Assembly: GCF_963921235.1 (NCBI RefSeq)
Contig: NC_086097.1
Location: 97,528,001 to 97,592,000, forward strand
DNA length: 64,000 nucleotides
Origin: Mobula hypostoma
Taxonomy: Eukaryota
Reading direction: 5' to 3'
Shown here piece after piece: positions 12,188 through 25,642 of this stretch (within the stretch, counting starts at the first letter, position 1; each line of letters starts with the position of its first letter). The translations under genes and the position numbers were made by a program. The notes under the pieces were generated by a model, which saw nothing but the letters and a program-made list of their open reading frames with translations, made no database searches and was not told where the DNA came from.

Positions 12188-13450
12188 TCACTGGGTCTCC
12201 TCTAAGTTTCCCGACACCTCTCCCTGCTTGGATGCCTGAGGACTCGCCCTCCGAGGGGCTCCCTGCTGCTCACATTCCCGCCGGAAGTAGCCCTCTTCCC
12301 CACAGTTATAGCACCCGCTACCAGCCACCCCTCCTCTCGCAGCCCTCTGTGTTGTCCGTCCCCCGGGGGGGGGGGGTACCTTCCCTACCGACCCCTCAGT
12401 TCTCAGCTCCACCACCACCTCTTTTATCAATTTCCAGGTGGAGCCGGCTCTGCCCATTTCCCCACCAGGGGCTGCAACTGAGGATTTCACCCCACTGATA
12501 AGAGTCCTCCCTTGACCTAACGAGTTCTCATCCCCCCTCGCGTGTCTGATCAGCTGAACGAACGTCAGAGGGGGGTGCATTTTATAGGACTGCCGGAGAC
12601 TCCAAGCAATCTTGTCCTCAGCCTGGGCACCTCTAGTTAACTGATCCGTCCTTAACTGATCCATCTGTTCAGCCCGAATGACCCCCCCCCCCCGGCGCCG
12701 CAGCCCCCCAAGCCGTCTCTCTAGCCAAAAAAGGTACGCGGAGATCTTCTCACCCTTCTCCTGACGCATGTTTTGAAACTCCCCGAGGAGCTCCCGGTCA
12801 ACCCAAAAGCACTTTCCAAAGCCTGCAGGTAGTCATTCAGAGTGACCGAAGGCTGGTTAACCTTTACGTCTCACACTACCCCAGCCGCCACTCACTTAAC
12901 AACTGCGACATTTGCTCTACCCATGTCTCATAATCCTCTTCACCTTCGGGGATGGGTGTTATCCCCGAGAAAATTCTTATCTTCTGGAGGGGCCCCTCTA
13001 TCCTTCTCACGAGGGAGGTAATTGCAGATGCCAACTCGGAACTCTCTCCTTTCGCTGGGGAATGGGAACTAACCAAATTTTCAAAATCTGACCACACCTT
13101 CCCTTCATCCCTCAGTACCAAGAGAATTTGTTCCCTAAGATCCCCACCCTCATCTGCTGGTGACTCAGCTTACTGAACTCTGGCCCCCCCCCCTGACAAT
13201 TTGCAAGATCCATGGTCCCGCCTCCCCTGGGACGCCAATCTCCTCCGGCAACTTTGCTCCTGTCTGTACCTGCCTCAAAATCAAAGTTTCACGATACAAT
13301 TTCCACTTTGCCAACCGCTTTAACCGTACTCAAACCTCGAAGTAACACATCATCCAATACATACACTGGTCTCCACCCCCCAAACACGCACGCCTTGCTC
13401 ACTGGCACGCTCACAGCTGCATACCATCGCCGAAATGCAGCGGCTGCCAT
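12188..13450 (-). pseudogene. Gypsy gag remnant, PNMA/Ma-like capsid with zinc knuckle
   Basis: IRIFSGITPIPEGEEDYETWVEQ, QEKGEKISAYLFWLE and CYNCGEEGYFRREC (CCHC with H>Y); several frameshifts. Confidence 0.85.
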
Positions 13451-13498
13451 CACCACTCTACTTTAAACAGTGTGGTCACACAGCATCCACAGAGTACA

Positions 13499-13516
13499 AT
13501 CCCGGACGAGCCCCCA
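13499..13516 (-). other. Primer-binding site complementary to tRNA-Pro 3' end
   Basis: Minus strand TGGGGGCTCGTCCGGGAT, 4 nt inside the 5' LTR. Confidence 0.9.
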
Positions 13517-13805
13517 CAAATGTAATGCTCAGGGCTATCAACTCAAGTTTGTCTAGGGGAAACCCCGTCCGCTCGCCAAACCATGTCTCACGTTTGCGTA
13601 GATGCTGTGTAATGCACCCCAGTACAAACTCACACATACAGAGAGAATAACAAGACTTCCATTGGTTAGTTCCTCTGTTATCTATTGTTATAACCCAAAT
13701 ATTTCAGCTACAAAGAACATTACCTCATCAGTTAAAATTACAGAGAAGCCATCTTATTATTAGCAGTTAACAGTTGCCATTACAGTTAATATTACTCAGA
13801 ACCCT

Positions 13806-14119
13806 GTGTTGGCGCGTGGCCAAGTGGTTAAGGCATTTGTCTAGTGATCTGAAGGTGGCTAGTTTGAGCCTTGGCTGAGGCCGCGTGTTATGTCCTCGAG
13901 CAAGGCACTTAACCACACATTGCTCTGCGACGACACTGGTGCCAAGCTGTATGGGTGCTAATGCCCTTCCCTTGGACAGCATTGGTGGCGTGGAGAGGGG
14001 AGACTTGCAGCATGGGCAACTGCCAGTCTTCCATACAACCTTGCCCAGGCCTGCGCCCTGGAAACCTTCCAAGGCGCAAATCCATAGCCTCATGAGACTA
14101 ACAGATGCCTGAAACTGAT
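13806..14119 (+). mobile_element. tRNA-derived SINE inserted in the end of the Gypsy LTR
   Basis: A-box TGGCCAAGTGG and B-box-like GTTTGAGCC; TSD AACCCT at 13800-13805 and 14120-14125; sister copy at 20779-21085. Confidence 0.85.
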
Positions 14120-14221
14120 AACCCTACACTGGTATCTATCTGTAATACCATGGGCTTTTACCTCATTTTGCAACCTCATTTGTCAAAGGCCATTTGAAAA
14201 TCCAAGTAAATAACATCCCAA

Positions 14222-15370
14222 AAGACCATAAGATTATAAGATATAGGAGCAGAACTAGGCTATTTGGCCCATTGAGACTGCTGCACCATTACATCATGGC
14301 TGATCTATTTTCCCTCTCAGTCCTAATCTCCTGCCTTCCCCCTGTGTACCTTCATACCCTGACCAATCGAAAATCTGTCAAACTCTGCCTGAAATATACA
14401 TAAAGATTTGGCCTCTACAGCTGCCTGTGGCAACAAATTCCACAGATTCACCACTAGCTAAAGAAATTCCTCCTCATCTCCATTCTAAAAGGATGCCTCT
14501 CTGTTCTGAGGCTGAATCCTCTGGTCTTTGATTCTCCCACCATAGGAAACATCTTCTCCACATCCACTTTATCAAGGCCTTTCACCATTCGTTAGGATTC
14601 AATTAGGTTGCCTCTCCCCCCACCATTCCTCTGAGTTCCAGTGAGTACAGGTCCAGAGCCATCAAACACTCTTCATATGACAAGCCATTGAATCCTAGAA
14701 TCATTTTTGTGAACCTTCTTTGAACCCTCTGTAGTTTCATCACATCCTTTGCAAGATAAGGGGCCCCAAAACTGCTCAGAGTACTCAAGTGAGGCCTCAC
14801 CAGCGCTTCATGAAGTCTCAACATTACATCCTTGCTTTTATATTCCAGCCCTCTTGAAATGAACATTAACATTGCATTTGCCTTCCTCACCACAGACTCA
14901 ACCTGCAAGTTAACCTTTAGGGAATCCTGCACAAGGACCCCCAAGTCCTTTTGTGCCTCACAGATTTTTATTTTCTCTCCATTTAGAAAATGATCAACCC
15001 TTTCATTTCTTCTACCAAATTGCATGACCATACACTTCCTGACACTGCATTTCATCTACAACTTCGCCCATTCTCCAAATTTAAGTCCTTCTGTAGCCTC
15101 TCTACTGCCTCAAATCTAGCTGCCCTTCCACCTACAGTATCTTCATATCGTCTGCAAACTTTGCAACAAAGCTATTAATTCCATCATCCAAATGATTGAC
15201 GTATAATGTATAAAGAATTGGCCCCAACACAGATTCACGTGGAACACCACTAGTTAGTGGCAGCCAACCAGAAAAGGCTCCCTTTGCCTCCTGCCAATCA
15301 GCCACTGCTTAATCCATGCTGGAATTTTTCCCGTAATACCATGGGCTCGTAGCTTGTTAAGCAGCCTCTG
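14222..15370 (-). mobile_element. CR1 LINE 3' fragment
   Basis: KCMVMQFGRRN..KDLGVLV..LVRPHL..LQRVQRRFTKMI motifs; short tandem tail near 14222-14245. Confidence 0.88.
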
Positions 15371-15454
15371 ACTCTCCTTTGCCTATCCTAATTGAAACTT
15401 CCTCAGAGAATTCCACTGACACATAACAGATGGGTTGGTGGGCGATTCAATAAT

Positions 15455-15760
15455 TAGGGTGGCGCAGGAGCACAGGAGTTGGTATAACACGATAACAGCG
15501 GCAACAATCGACGATTGGGATCCAGTTATCGCCACTGTCTGCAAGGAGTTTATACATTCTCCCCATGTCTGTGTGGGTTTTCTCCAGGTGCTGTGATTTC
15601 CGCTCACATTCCAAAGACACACAGAGTGGGGTTAGTAAGTTGTGGGCATCCTATGTTGGTGCTGGAAGCATTAGACACTTGTGGGCTGCTCAAGCACTTG
15701 TTCAGACTGTGTTGGTCACTGATGTACATGTTACACTTCACTATGTTTCGATGTACATGT
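15455..15760 (+). mobile_element. V-SINE (HE1-like) copy; further copies near 18100-18220(-), 30810-30920(-), 34470-34730(+), 46870-47040(-), 55625-55900(+)
   Basis: Central domain TTCTCCCCATGTCTGTGTGGGTTTTCTCCAGGTGCT...CCAAAGAC recurs in these copies. Confidence 0.7.
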
Positions 15761-16379
15761 GACATTGTACATCCAGTGGCCACTGTATTAGATGCTATTG
15801 ACAGTGTGCACTAGCTATTGAAGCTTGGATGCACTAAAGAAGATGATCCATTGCATCACTCACAGCAGTTAAGTTAACATGTGAACTCTCAGAATACTTT
15901 GCTGCAGGAAAAATATATCCAGCCTATCCATTTGTATCATTCAAACCCTCCACGTGAACTAAGCACAGCAAAGTTATGAATTTTTTTCACTCTCTCCAGT
16001 CAACTCCCAACTTACTTACCGTGTTGTGCTCTGAACTACACACAATACTCCAAACACAGCTAACCAATGTTTTATACAAGTGTCACATGATGTCTGAATT
16101 CCTGCACCTCTCCACTGGCAGATAACTGCCTACTTGTACCTCCAGATCCTTGCTATTTACTATCCTGCCCCAAATTAACTTTGCAATTTACACGTCAAAT
16201 TCTATCTGCCACTCCCTTGCCCATTTTCCCAGCTCCTCTATATCCTGTTGTAACTGTAGACACGTTATTCACTGTTAACTCCACCACCAGTTTTTTTTAA
16301 ATCATCTTCAAACTTGCTAATTGTGCCATCTGCATGCTCATCCAAATCATTAATACTATATATATGTGTACAGTGTATA

Positions 16380-17438
16380 CAGTGGGATGCTAAAGTTTGG
16401 GCACCCCTAGTCAAAATTTCTGTTACTGTGGATAGCTAAGCGAGTAAAAGATGAACTGATTTCCAAAAGGCATAAAGTTAAAAATGACACGTTTCTTTAA
16501 TATTTTAAGCATGAAAATGTTTTTTATTTCCATCTTTTACAGTTTCAAAATAACAAAAAAGGAAAAGGGCCCAAAGCAAAAGTTTGGGCACCCTGCATGG
16601 CAGTACTTAGTAACAACCCCTTTGGCAAATATCACAGCTTGTAAACGCTTTTTGTAGCCAGCTAAGAGTCTTTCAATTCTTGTTTGGGGGATTTTCACCC
16701 ATTCTTCCTTGCAAAAGGCTTCTAGTTCTGTGAGATTCTTGGGCTGTCTTGCATGCACTGCTCTTTTGAGGTCTATCCACAGATTCTCAATGATGTTTAG
16801 GTCAGGGGACTGTGAGGGCCATGGCAAAACCTTCAGCTTGCGCCTCTTGAGGTAGTCCATTGTGGATTTTGAGGTGTGTTTAGATTCATTATCCTGTTGT
16901 GGAAGCCATCTTCTTTTCATCTTCAGCTTTTTTACAGACGGTGCGATGTTTGCTTCCAGAATTTGATGGTATTTAATTGAATTCATTCTTCCCTCTACCA
17001 GTGAAATGTTCCCCGTGCCACTGGCTGCAACACAAGCCCAAAGCATGATTGATTCACCCCTGTGCTTAACAGTTGGAGAGGGGTTCTTTTCATGAAATTC
17101 TGCACCCTTTTTTCTCCAAACATGCCTTTGCTCATTGTGGCCAAAAAGTTCTATTCAAGAGGTTCAAAGGAACATCTAAACAAGCCTGATGCATTTTGGA
17201 AACAAGTCCTGTGGACTGATGCAGTTAAAATAGAACCTTTTGGCCACAATGAGCAAAGGCATGTTTGGAGAAAAAAGGGTGCAGAATTTCATGAAAAGAA
17301 CCCCTCTCCAACTGTTAAGCATGGGGGTGGATCAATCATGCTTTGGGCTTGTGTTGCAGCCAGAATCAGTTCATTTTTTACTTAGCTATTCACAGTAACA
17401 GAAATTTTGACCGGGGTGACCAAACTTTTGCATGCCAC

Positions 17439-17440
<2 letters not shown>
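16380..17440 (-). mobile_element. Tc1-like transposon, internally deleted and partly inverted
   Basis: TA|CAGTGG...CCACTG|TA ends; transposase C-terminus QQDNESKH..SPDLNIIENLW at 16537-17046; same family as 26134-27749. Confidence 0.92.
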
Positions 17441-17479
<39 letters not shown>

Positions 17480-17566
17480 ATATATGTATGTATATGTATA
17501 TATGTGTGTGTGTGTGTGTGTATGTGTGTATATATGTGTGTGTGTGTGTATATATATGTGTATAAA

Positions 17567-17597
<31 letters not shown>

Positions 17598-17613
17598 TTG
17601 TTTATGTATATAT
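17441..17613. repeat. (TG)n/(TA)n compound microsatellite
   Basis: Direct read; it starts at the TA target of the Tc1 element. Confidence 0.97.
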
Positions 17614-18814
17614 GATAAACAACAGTGAAGCCTGTACCAGTCTTTGGGGCACACCACTGGTCACAGGCCTTCGGACTGAGTGACAGTTCCCAACTACGAT
17701 CCTCTGTCTCCTTTTTTTTATTTCTAGTTTCTACCCATAAAGCCTGACTGAAATCCTGTCTTGGTACTGAGGTGATGTTATCCTGAATCAGTGATGCAAG
17801 CAACCCCCTTTCTTACGTATGCCTCTGGTATGCCAGAAACACCTTAGAACTTTGAGCCTTTTCTGTTGTCCACAATATTTAAATTTTTTTTGCAAATTAT
17901 GTTTTATTGCCTTAAACTATTCTTTTTAAGATGAAGAATGAAGCCATTTAGCTCATCAGGTTAATTTCATTCCCAGCAGTCCCATACCCTTCTAATTTCT
18001 CTGTAGCCCTACAACTCATACTCTGACTTGACAGTCATTTCCCCTCTTGCTGCTCATGTAAACTCAAGATAATTTATTGTTGTCAGTTAACCTATCTTAT
18101 CCCTAGGATGTAGGAGAAAGCAGGGGCACCCTGAGGATTCCCACGTGGTTGTGGGAAGAAAGTGTGAACCCCACACCGAGGTCAGGATGAAATCCTGTTT
18201 CCTGAAGCTGTGAGGTTCCCATTGGCCATGGACCAGTGTGATTAAGCAAGGGGTCTATGGACCCCAGGTTGGGAACCCCTGCCTGGAGTTCACCATCCCA
18301 TCCCATCCCTAGAAATATTTTACTTCTATTATTTTTCTTCATAATTTAGGGCTTATTTGACTGTAACTATAATTTTAAAGTGTGCAAAGAATTCTCAGAT
18401 GTATAGTGCAAAACAGGGAGGTCCATTGCACCATTCCTAGTTTTTATACCAAGCTGAACTTTTCTCATCAAAGGACATGAGAGACCTGAAATATAGTGGT
18501 TATTGATTCCATGGATACTATCTGGTCTGCTCACTACAGCCAACATTTTACTTTTATTTCTGATGTACCCTATCATTGTTCGGAGACCAATATTACTTAA
18601 TTATGGGCCAGCCCTCCTGCATCTGAAACAGATGGTTGTGGGTCCAAGTATAGATCAAAAATCTTGAGCATGCAAATTTGGCTGATGCTCCAGTAAAGGA
18701 CTGAAGGAGAGCGACATTATCAGAGATAACATAATTTGCATAAGACATTAAATAGTGGCACAGTTTTTTTGGATTTTTTATGTAAAAGATCCATTGGTCT
18801 TATTTTAAAAAAAG

Positions 18815-19375
18815 GAGTCCTGGAGGTCCTGCTTTTCATCTTTCTACTTAACTCCTTAATTCCTTTTCCTACTATGTAATTGGTAGTAATATGTACCACG
18901 ACTTCTGGCTGCTCACTCCACCCCCCGCTCCCTTTAGAATGCTTGGACCCAATCCGAGACATCCCTGATCCCGGTATCTGGGAGGCAAGATACCATCCAG
19001 GTGTCTCTTACACATTCACAGAATCTCCTGTCTGCTTCTCTAACTATGGAATCCCCCCCATCCCCCTCTGAACCTCAGAACTAGACTCAGTGACAGAGAC
19101 CTGGTCGCCGTGGCTTCCCCTGGTAGGTTGTTACCCCACCCTACAGTATCCAGAGTGGTGTACCTATTATTGGGGGGATACAGCCATGGGGGTACTTTGC
19201 ATTGGGTGCCTCTTCCCTTTCCCTCTCCTGACAGTCACCCAGGTACCTGCCTCCAACAATTTAGGGGTAACTATCTCCCTGTAGTTCCTATCTGTCACTT
19301 CCTCATTCTCCCATATGAGCCGAAGGTCATTAAGCTGCAACTCCAGTTCTTAACATGGTCTGTAAAAAGTTTCTG
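18815..19375 (-). mobile_element. CR1 ORF1 (SGNH esterase) fragment
   Basis: EQPEVVVHITTN motif (GxND block) in ORF 18720-18962. Confidence 0.7.
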
Positions 19376-20778
19376 AGGGCAAGATAATAGTGCCATTACA
19401 TGCAGTACTATGCAAAACTCTTAGGCATGTACTTGTAGCTAGGGTGCCTGAGACATTTGTACAGTTAATATTTGTTTGTTTGTGTGTGTGTGTTTATTTA
19501 TTTATTTAGTTTTTAAAAAGTATATTTTTTTATATGGTGCTAAATTGTTTGAAACTTTCCAAGCTTGAAACCTTCCACAATCAAGTTGCCAACATTTGAA
19601 AAAGTCTTGTCCGATGGATTCTTGTCAATGATCAAACTGTAGGACAGTCTATGTAAAGCACAATTTTCTGACATTAGCTGTAAGATTAACCCATTCCTAA
19701 CTTAACTCAGGTCATTAGCTTAGTTTGACACAACATGTTGGACTAAAGGGGGCCTGTTCCTGTGCTGAATTAATCTATGTAGTCTGAACTCAAGTCAACT
19801 CTCATAATGTGAACTAATATCCTGTAATCCTCCTATTTGATCAATCTCTTAAAGAATCACTGGTAATGAAGTGAAAAGCTCAAGTCTCTTAGTTTTCTAC
19901 GTATTGCTGTCCTTTCATATAAAAGACATTAACTTGTGTTTCAACTCTGTATTCTCTGTAAAGTTTGATTTACCCAGTCTTCCATTCAAAATGATAATAT
20001 TGCCAAAGAACCCATTTTTAAAAAAGACTGTCGTATACCCTATGTGCAAACGAATTTTGCAAACAATAAAAATAAATAATGTTCAGAACTGAAGTTCACA
20101 AAAGTGACTCCTCTTCAGTCATGAAGCCAGTCATCGCTGCGCCGATCCAGGAGCCCGTTATTTGCAGGCCACGCCTCAGTTCAGCGCAGCAGCGAGTAAA
20201 CCTCACTGAGCAACAAGCTGAACCCTGCATCATCCCTTGCCTCCAGCCCCGACACCCTGACCTTTTCAGTCTGGTCTAGCACTTAAATTGGCCAAACCCA
20301 ACTTTTCCAATTCAGCTGAGTGCTTAAATTAGTCAAACCTATGATTGTCTTTGCATATTCTTAAGCAAAATAGTATAATTTTCTGTTAAAGCTGAGTTTC
20401 ATGTGAATAAAGCTAAGTTTAATGGAATAGCAAGCACAGCTCGAGCCAAAGTACAGATTAAGTTTAATACATTTAATAAACTGGGACATTAAGCATAATT
20501 ATTTCTGTTATTTAAATGCAAGTTTCACATATTGAAAAAAGCTACATAAACGCACCGTGGCCCATAATTGTTTGACCACTTTCGTAGTACAATCCCCACC
20601 ATTTGTAGATGTTTTGCCATGTCACTGTGATTTGTATGGCTTTGACAATAACCAGTATAACATAGAATTAAAAATTACCCGACAGGTCAGGCAGCATCTC
20701 TGTGAAAAGCGAAGTAATGTTTTGGGTTGATTATCCTTCATTAGAAAATTTTATGACCTTTCATCGCTGATATATTAA

Positions 20779-21085
20779 GGCATCTGTTAGTCTTGCGAGA
20801 CCATGGATCTGCGCCTGGAAAGTCTTCACTCTCCAGGGCACAGGCCTGGGCAAAGTTGTATGGAAGACCAGCAGTTGCCCATGCTGCAAGTCTCCCCTCT
20901 CCACGACACCGATGTTGTCCAAGGGAAGGGCATTAGGACCCATACAGCTTGGCACCAATGTCATCGCGGAGCAATGTGTGATTAAATGCATTGCTCAAAG
21001 ACACAACACGTTGCCTCGGCTGGGGCTCGAACTCACGACCTTTAGGTCGCTAGTCCAATGCCTTAACCACTTGGCCACGTGCCCA
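20779..21085 (-). mobile_element. tRNA-derived SINE, same family as 13806-14119
   Basis: Reverse complement aligns along its length with 13806-14110. Confidence 0.88.
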
Positions 21086-22328
21086 CTCACTGAGATAGTC
21101 TCCCAGATAAATTAAATGATTGAGTCAGTCTTCAAAAGAATGCCTTTCTTCCATTGAGTTTGACCATCAGGTTTGATGTCTCCCACACTGACTGTAGCAG
21201 GGAGAGAGATTAATTCCATTCTTCTGTAAGCATCAGTTTTCTGCTCAGAAGTTGGTCATAGCAGTTAACTGGAGAGACCCCTTCTTGTACACCTAAAGCT
21301 TACTGTTGTATAATCTTTTTCTTAGATTCATGACGTACCATTCAGCCCATTGAATCTATGTTGGTTCTCAGAGCATTAATGTTATTCTTGTTTTTCCTCA
21401 CATTTACTTTCAAGTTGGTGCCTCATTCCATGATACAAATCCCCTGTGTAAAATATGAGGGATCACTGACCCCAGAAGCTTTGACTACTATTGTATGTCA
21501 TTTCCATGTATATTTTGACACAGCTGCCCATGCATTTAGGAAATTAACTTACCACATTGAAAATTTCAATTTTCAGCATTCAGTATTTCCTCATGTTTAC
21601 TCAAAGAAACAGAAACACACTAGTCAATATTCTTGGCAATACTTCTGTTGATATAGGCACTTTGTTTCATAATGGCAGCATTACACTACATAACTGAGTC
21701 TTGTATTGATGTGTATATCCCATTCTGTAACTTTTGGATGGCTAGCTTTTAGAAATTGTTTTAAACTAACAAGTCATTACTCTGAAAATCACTCGACGTG
21801 AGATGTGTGTTCTAGTCCATCTACCATTGTAGTATTTTTAAACCTAATTGCACTTATCAAATTTACAACCCATTACTAATTTGTTGTGGTCCTGTTTCTT
21901 CATGTCTGTCAGACTGGAACACTTTCCATTCTTTCCATGGCTGACATTTGGGTCAACTGGTGATCATCCTATTGCATTCTACCTTTTCAGAAATGCCTAA
22001 TGTGACGTTCCAACAATGAGTGAGAAAGTTTTGAATATGATGTTTATCTACTAAAAGCAGGGTTGTTGATGGGTGAAATATGTTGCAGATACTGATGAAG
22101 TCAGAATTGGAGGAACTAGGAGTTGGGGAGAAAGGGTTGTAAGTGGCAAATCTAGAAGTTTGACTTAAAAGAATCCATAATGCTGTAATGAACAAGAATT
22201 ATAAAACATGGATCCGTGCATTTCTAGAATAATACTGAACCAAGGTAATTTTTATATTCACGTTTGGTTTAAGAGGGTTTTCCTTGCACTTAATCACAGG
22301 GCATTAACCTCCCTTTTTGTTTCTCCAG

Positions 22329-22389
22329 CTTGTTTCTAATCATACCTTCAGGAAGACTCTTTTCAATGATACTACAATTTCCTTACACT
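22329..22389 (+). CDS. TMEM87A: TMEM87A exon 2 (LVSNHTFRKTLFNDTTISLH)
   Basis: ttctccag| acceptor, |gtaagt donor, 61 nt; resembles the FGKILFRNTTIFLK segment of the GOLD domain. Confidence 0.9.
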
Positions 22390-23098
22390 GTAAGTAATAG
22401 TTTTTGGAATGTGTATAAAAATAGTAATGGGAACCATAAGGGATTAGGAATGTGTTAAGTGTTTTCAAGGGGGAAATAACTGCTATGTAGCCTTCTTCAC
22501 AGTATTACTATGTAAGCTGATGGATAATTAATCAGCAAGTAGATGGAAACAGCTCCATGAACACATATTTTGTGATGGTTGGAGCCATTCGCATATTTTA
22601 GTAGTTCACGTTTTTGCCACTACCTTCCCGCAAAATAGTTGAAGATCTATGTTGGGCGTATGTTGGGATTCCTACCCTCACAGAAGTAATATCTCAGTCA
22701 GGTTGATTCCCTCCGCTTAGTACCCAGAATTAAAAAGAGTATTTATACATTGACTGTGAATCTAGCCAAGTTGTCTCAGTAAGGTTACAACACAGATGTA
22801 TCCAACAGTGTGAAAAAATTACAAGATTTCTCTTGCCCACATAAAAAAGCAGGACAAGTGTATTCCAGCTAATTCTTTGGCTTTGAGCTTCCGTAAGGAA
22901 CGAAGTATCAATTAGTGCCTTCCAGTGGATAACTGTGAAGTGTTTCTGAAATTTCTTCGTTTATTTCAGATTTTTTTTTACATTTTTTACACAACATTTA
23001 GGTCGTACACTGTTTGCCAGGAACCATTGGGTAAAAATATCTAAAAGCATCACATGATGTTCACAAACTAATGTTCATTCTTGTGTTCTTGCATGTAG

Positions 23099-23193
23099 TT
23101 TACAGTGAAAAAGAATGTGATTCTTCGCTGTCTTTTAATATCTCCTGGTACCTCAGGTATTCACATTGCTACAATGAAGTGTTCAACATGCCA
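23099..23193 (+). CDS. TMEM87A: TMEM87A exon 3 (FYSEKECDSSLSFNISWYLRYSHCYNEVFNMP)
   Basis: tgtag| ... |gtaagt, 95 nt, phase-compatible with exon 2; matches the CD..NITWYLK..CYNE motif. Confidence 0.92.
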
Positions 23194-24679
23194 GTAAGTC
23201 CTGCTTGCTATAATTTGAATGAGAAAATATTTCATGAAAACAAGAAGTGCTAGGCAATATGAGGCAATATGCATTGAGAAATAATGCTTAACATTTCAAG
23301 TTGATTTTTCATTTGTTTTGGAGAAAGTTAGCTGCCAAGGTTTATCAAGGGAAATAAGTACTGATCATGAGATCTAATGGAAAGGCAATGGGAATGGTCA
23401 CATTGCTGTCATCATAATTAAATAGTAATCAAAGACCATCTATTTCAACATTGTCCAATGGGGTCTCTTGCCTGCTTCAGACCATGTGTGACTCTAGTCA
23501 CCGCAGTGTGATTGAATCAACTTGCCCAAACACACCCAGTACGATGAGTTTTATATTGTAAGGTTCTTTTCATGAGCTCCTGGGACTTTCTTGAATTGAC
23601 ATGGATGGTGTGGATTGGAATGACCTAGTCATAGACTTGTTACACCAAAATAACAAACCCTTTGGCCCAACTTGACCACTGCAATTCAAGTTGCCTACCT
23701 GAACTAGTCCTATTTGTCTCCTTTTGGCCCATATGCCTCTAAACATTTCCTATCCTTGTACCTAACTAAATTCTCTTTTAAACTTTGGAATTGTATTCAC
23801 CTGCCATAGCCTCGGCAATTCATTCCATATACCCTCTTACAAACTTGCCCTTAAGGTCCCTTTATGCATTTCCCCTGTCTCCTTAAGCCTCTTCCTTTAG
23901 TTTTAGACTCCTGCTCTGGGGGAAAAGACCTTGTGTGTGTCCCTCATGATTTTATGCACTTCCATAAGGTCTCGCAGTCTCTTCCTCTTCAAGGAAGAGA
24001 CAGTATCAAGTTTGTCCCTATGACTTAAGCCCTCTAGTCCTTGTGAAAGTCCTGCTTTATCTGGCAGGTACTCTTCTCATGGTGATGCACGACACTTATG
24101 TTAAATGGGACAGAGCCATTAAAAAGAATGTGACATTGGTAGAAGAATCGGGGAGAACTGGATTTGGGGAAAATTACTTTCACTCAGAGGGTGTTGTATT
24201 TTGGAAAGAGATGTTGGAATACACTGCCTGAAAGGGTCGTACAGGTAGAAACACAGGCCATGTTTAAGCATTATGTGGATGTGTATTTAATAGATGAAAG
24301 GATGTACTGCTGCCATTTCTTGCATTTCATGTTTGTACTAAGATTTGCAGAGCAGGTCTCTCTTGCCTGTCCTGCTTGCCCACCATCCCTCTTTGTCTTG
24401 CCGAGGGATCAATAGGAAGCAGCCCTCTGGCATAGCTGGTAACCATGTTCATTGTCCTAAATACCATCAGAGAGATGAAGTTTAAAAACTGCGCACAAAA
24501 TGCTTCAGTATTGCACCTTTTGTCATACTTGGTTCAGCTTTAGTACTTTGTAATCTGAATCATTAGTTTGCATTCCTTCACCATTGCTACCCTTTGCAAG
24601 CTTAATCCACGTTTGCATATTTTCTAACCATCTCTTCTTTGAATCACTGAAATGTTTTGATTATTTAATTGTCTTGTAG

Positions 24680-24796
24680 GATGAGCAGAATAATGTATAC
24701 TTTGAAAGTAACAGAGAAATCAATCCAGGATGGTCTGGAAGCTATGCTCAAAATCACTTCATTGTTGAGAACTGCACAGAGCTCTTTAAGCCACAG
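24680..24796 (+). CDS. TMEM87A: TMEM87A exon 4 (DEQNNVYFESNREINPGWSGSYAQNHFIVENCTELFKPQ)
   Basis: cttgtag| ... CAG|gtac, 117 nt open; ends like human NCSELFKTQ. Confidence 0.88.
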
Positions 24797-24919
24797 GTAC
24801 GATGAAACCTTTGTTGCCTGGGGACTGATTGTGTAGAAAACTGTCGTAGTCATGGAATCCAACAGCACCAAAACAGGTCCTCTGGTCCACTACATCCACG
24901 ATGACTGTTTTGCCCATGT

Positions 24920-25340
24920 CATCATCATCCTCGTCATGTGTCATGTCATATCACATGGGCGATCTGTCTTTTCATCTGTTGTTCTTACTCTTTTCTCTAT
25001 CCATGACTATGATTGTTCTTGGCAATTTTTTCCATAGAAGTGGTTCACCATTGCCTTCTTCTGGGCAGTGTCTTTACAAGATGGGTGACCCCAGCCATTA
25101 AGAATACTCTTCAGAGATTGTCTGCCCAGTGTCAGTGGTTGCATAACCAGGACTGGCGATAGACACCAGCTGCTCATATGACCATTCACCACGTGCTCCC
25201 ACGGCTTCACATGACCCTGAATAGAGGGTGGGGGGCTAAGCAAGTGCTACACTTTGCCCAAGGGTGACCTGCAGGCTAGCAGAGGGAAGGAGCACCTTAC
25301 ACCTCCTTTGGTAGAGAGGCATCGCCACCTGCCACCTCAA
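24920..25340. repeat. Interspersed ~350-bp repeat family (SINE-like); also 31745-32110 and, inverted, 32935-33280
   Basis: Shared GCAGTGTCTTTACAAG..GGTGACCCCAGCCATT..TACTCTTCAG blocks; class not determined. Confidence 0.7.
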
Positions 25341-25642
25341 CACTAACACTAACTATATTTGAAATAATTATTTTTTTAATTGTGCCACTGATCATGTAGA
25401 ATTACAGAGAACGGCAAGTTGTATAACATGCGCAGGAATATTGTCTGAATTGTGGGGGGGAGGGGTTGGATTTGGTACGTGAGTATTCTGTATGTATTGG
25501 GAGAGTGATGAAGTGTGAACTGCAGTTTGTGAGGGGGCATCAAGTTATGAGAGATGGTTGGTGAAGGGGTGACACAGTGGGGGTTTTTGAGCACAGGATG
25601 TTCAGTCGTTTACAAAGTTATAACACTACTATCCTTTCTCAG

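Larger units (their letters stand above)
7094..14128 (-). mobile_element. Ty3/Gypsy LTR retrotransposon, near full-length but decayed
   Basis: TG..CA LTRs at 7094-7370 and 13521-14128 (the latter split by a SINE); 4-bp TSD CTAG/CTGG; PBS at 13499-13516; purine tract next to 7371; gag-PR-RT-RH-IN order on the minus strand. Confidence 0.93.

Noticed and set aside
13806..13880. tRNA gene
   Set aside because: It is the tRNA-like head of a SINE: continuous with a 300-bp body, has a TSD and a second copy at 20779-21085.
17343..17803. His/Thr- and Cys/Val-rich ORFs
   Set aside because: Artefacts of the TG/TA microsatellite.
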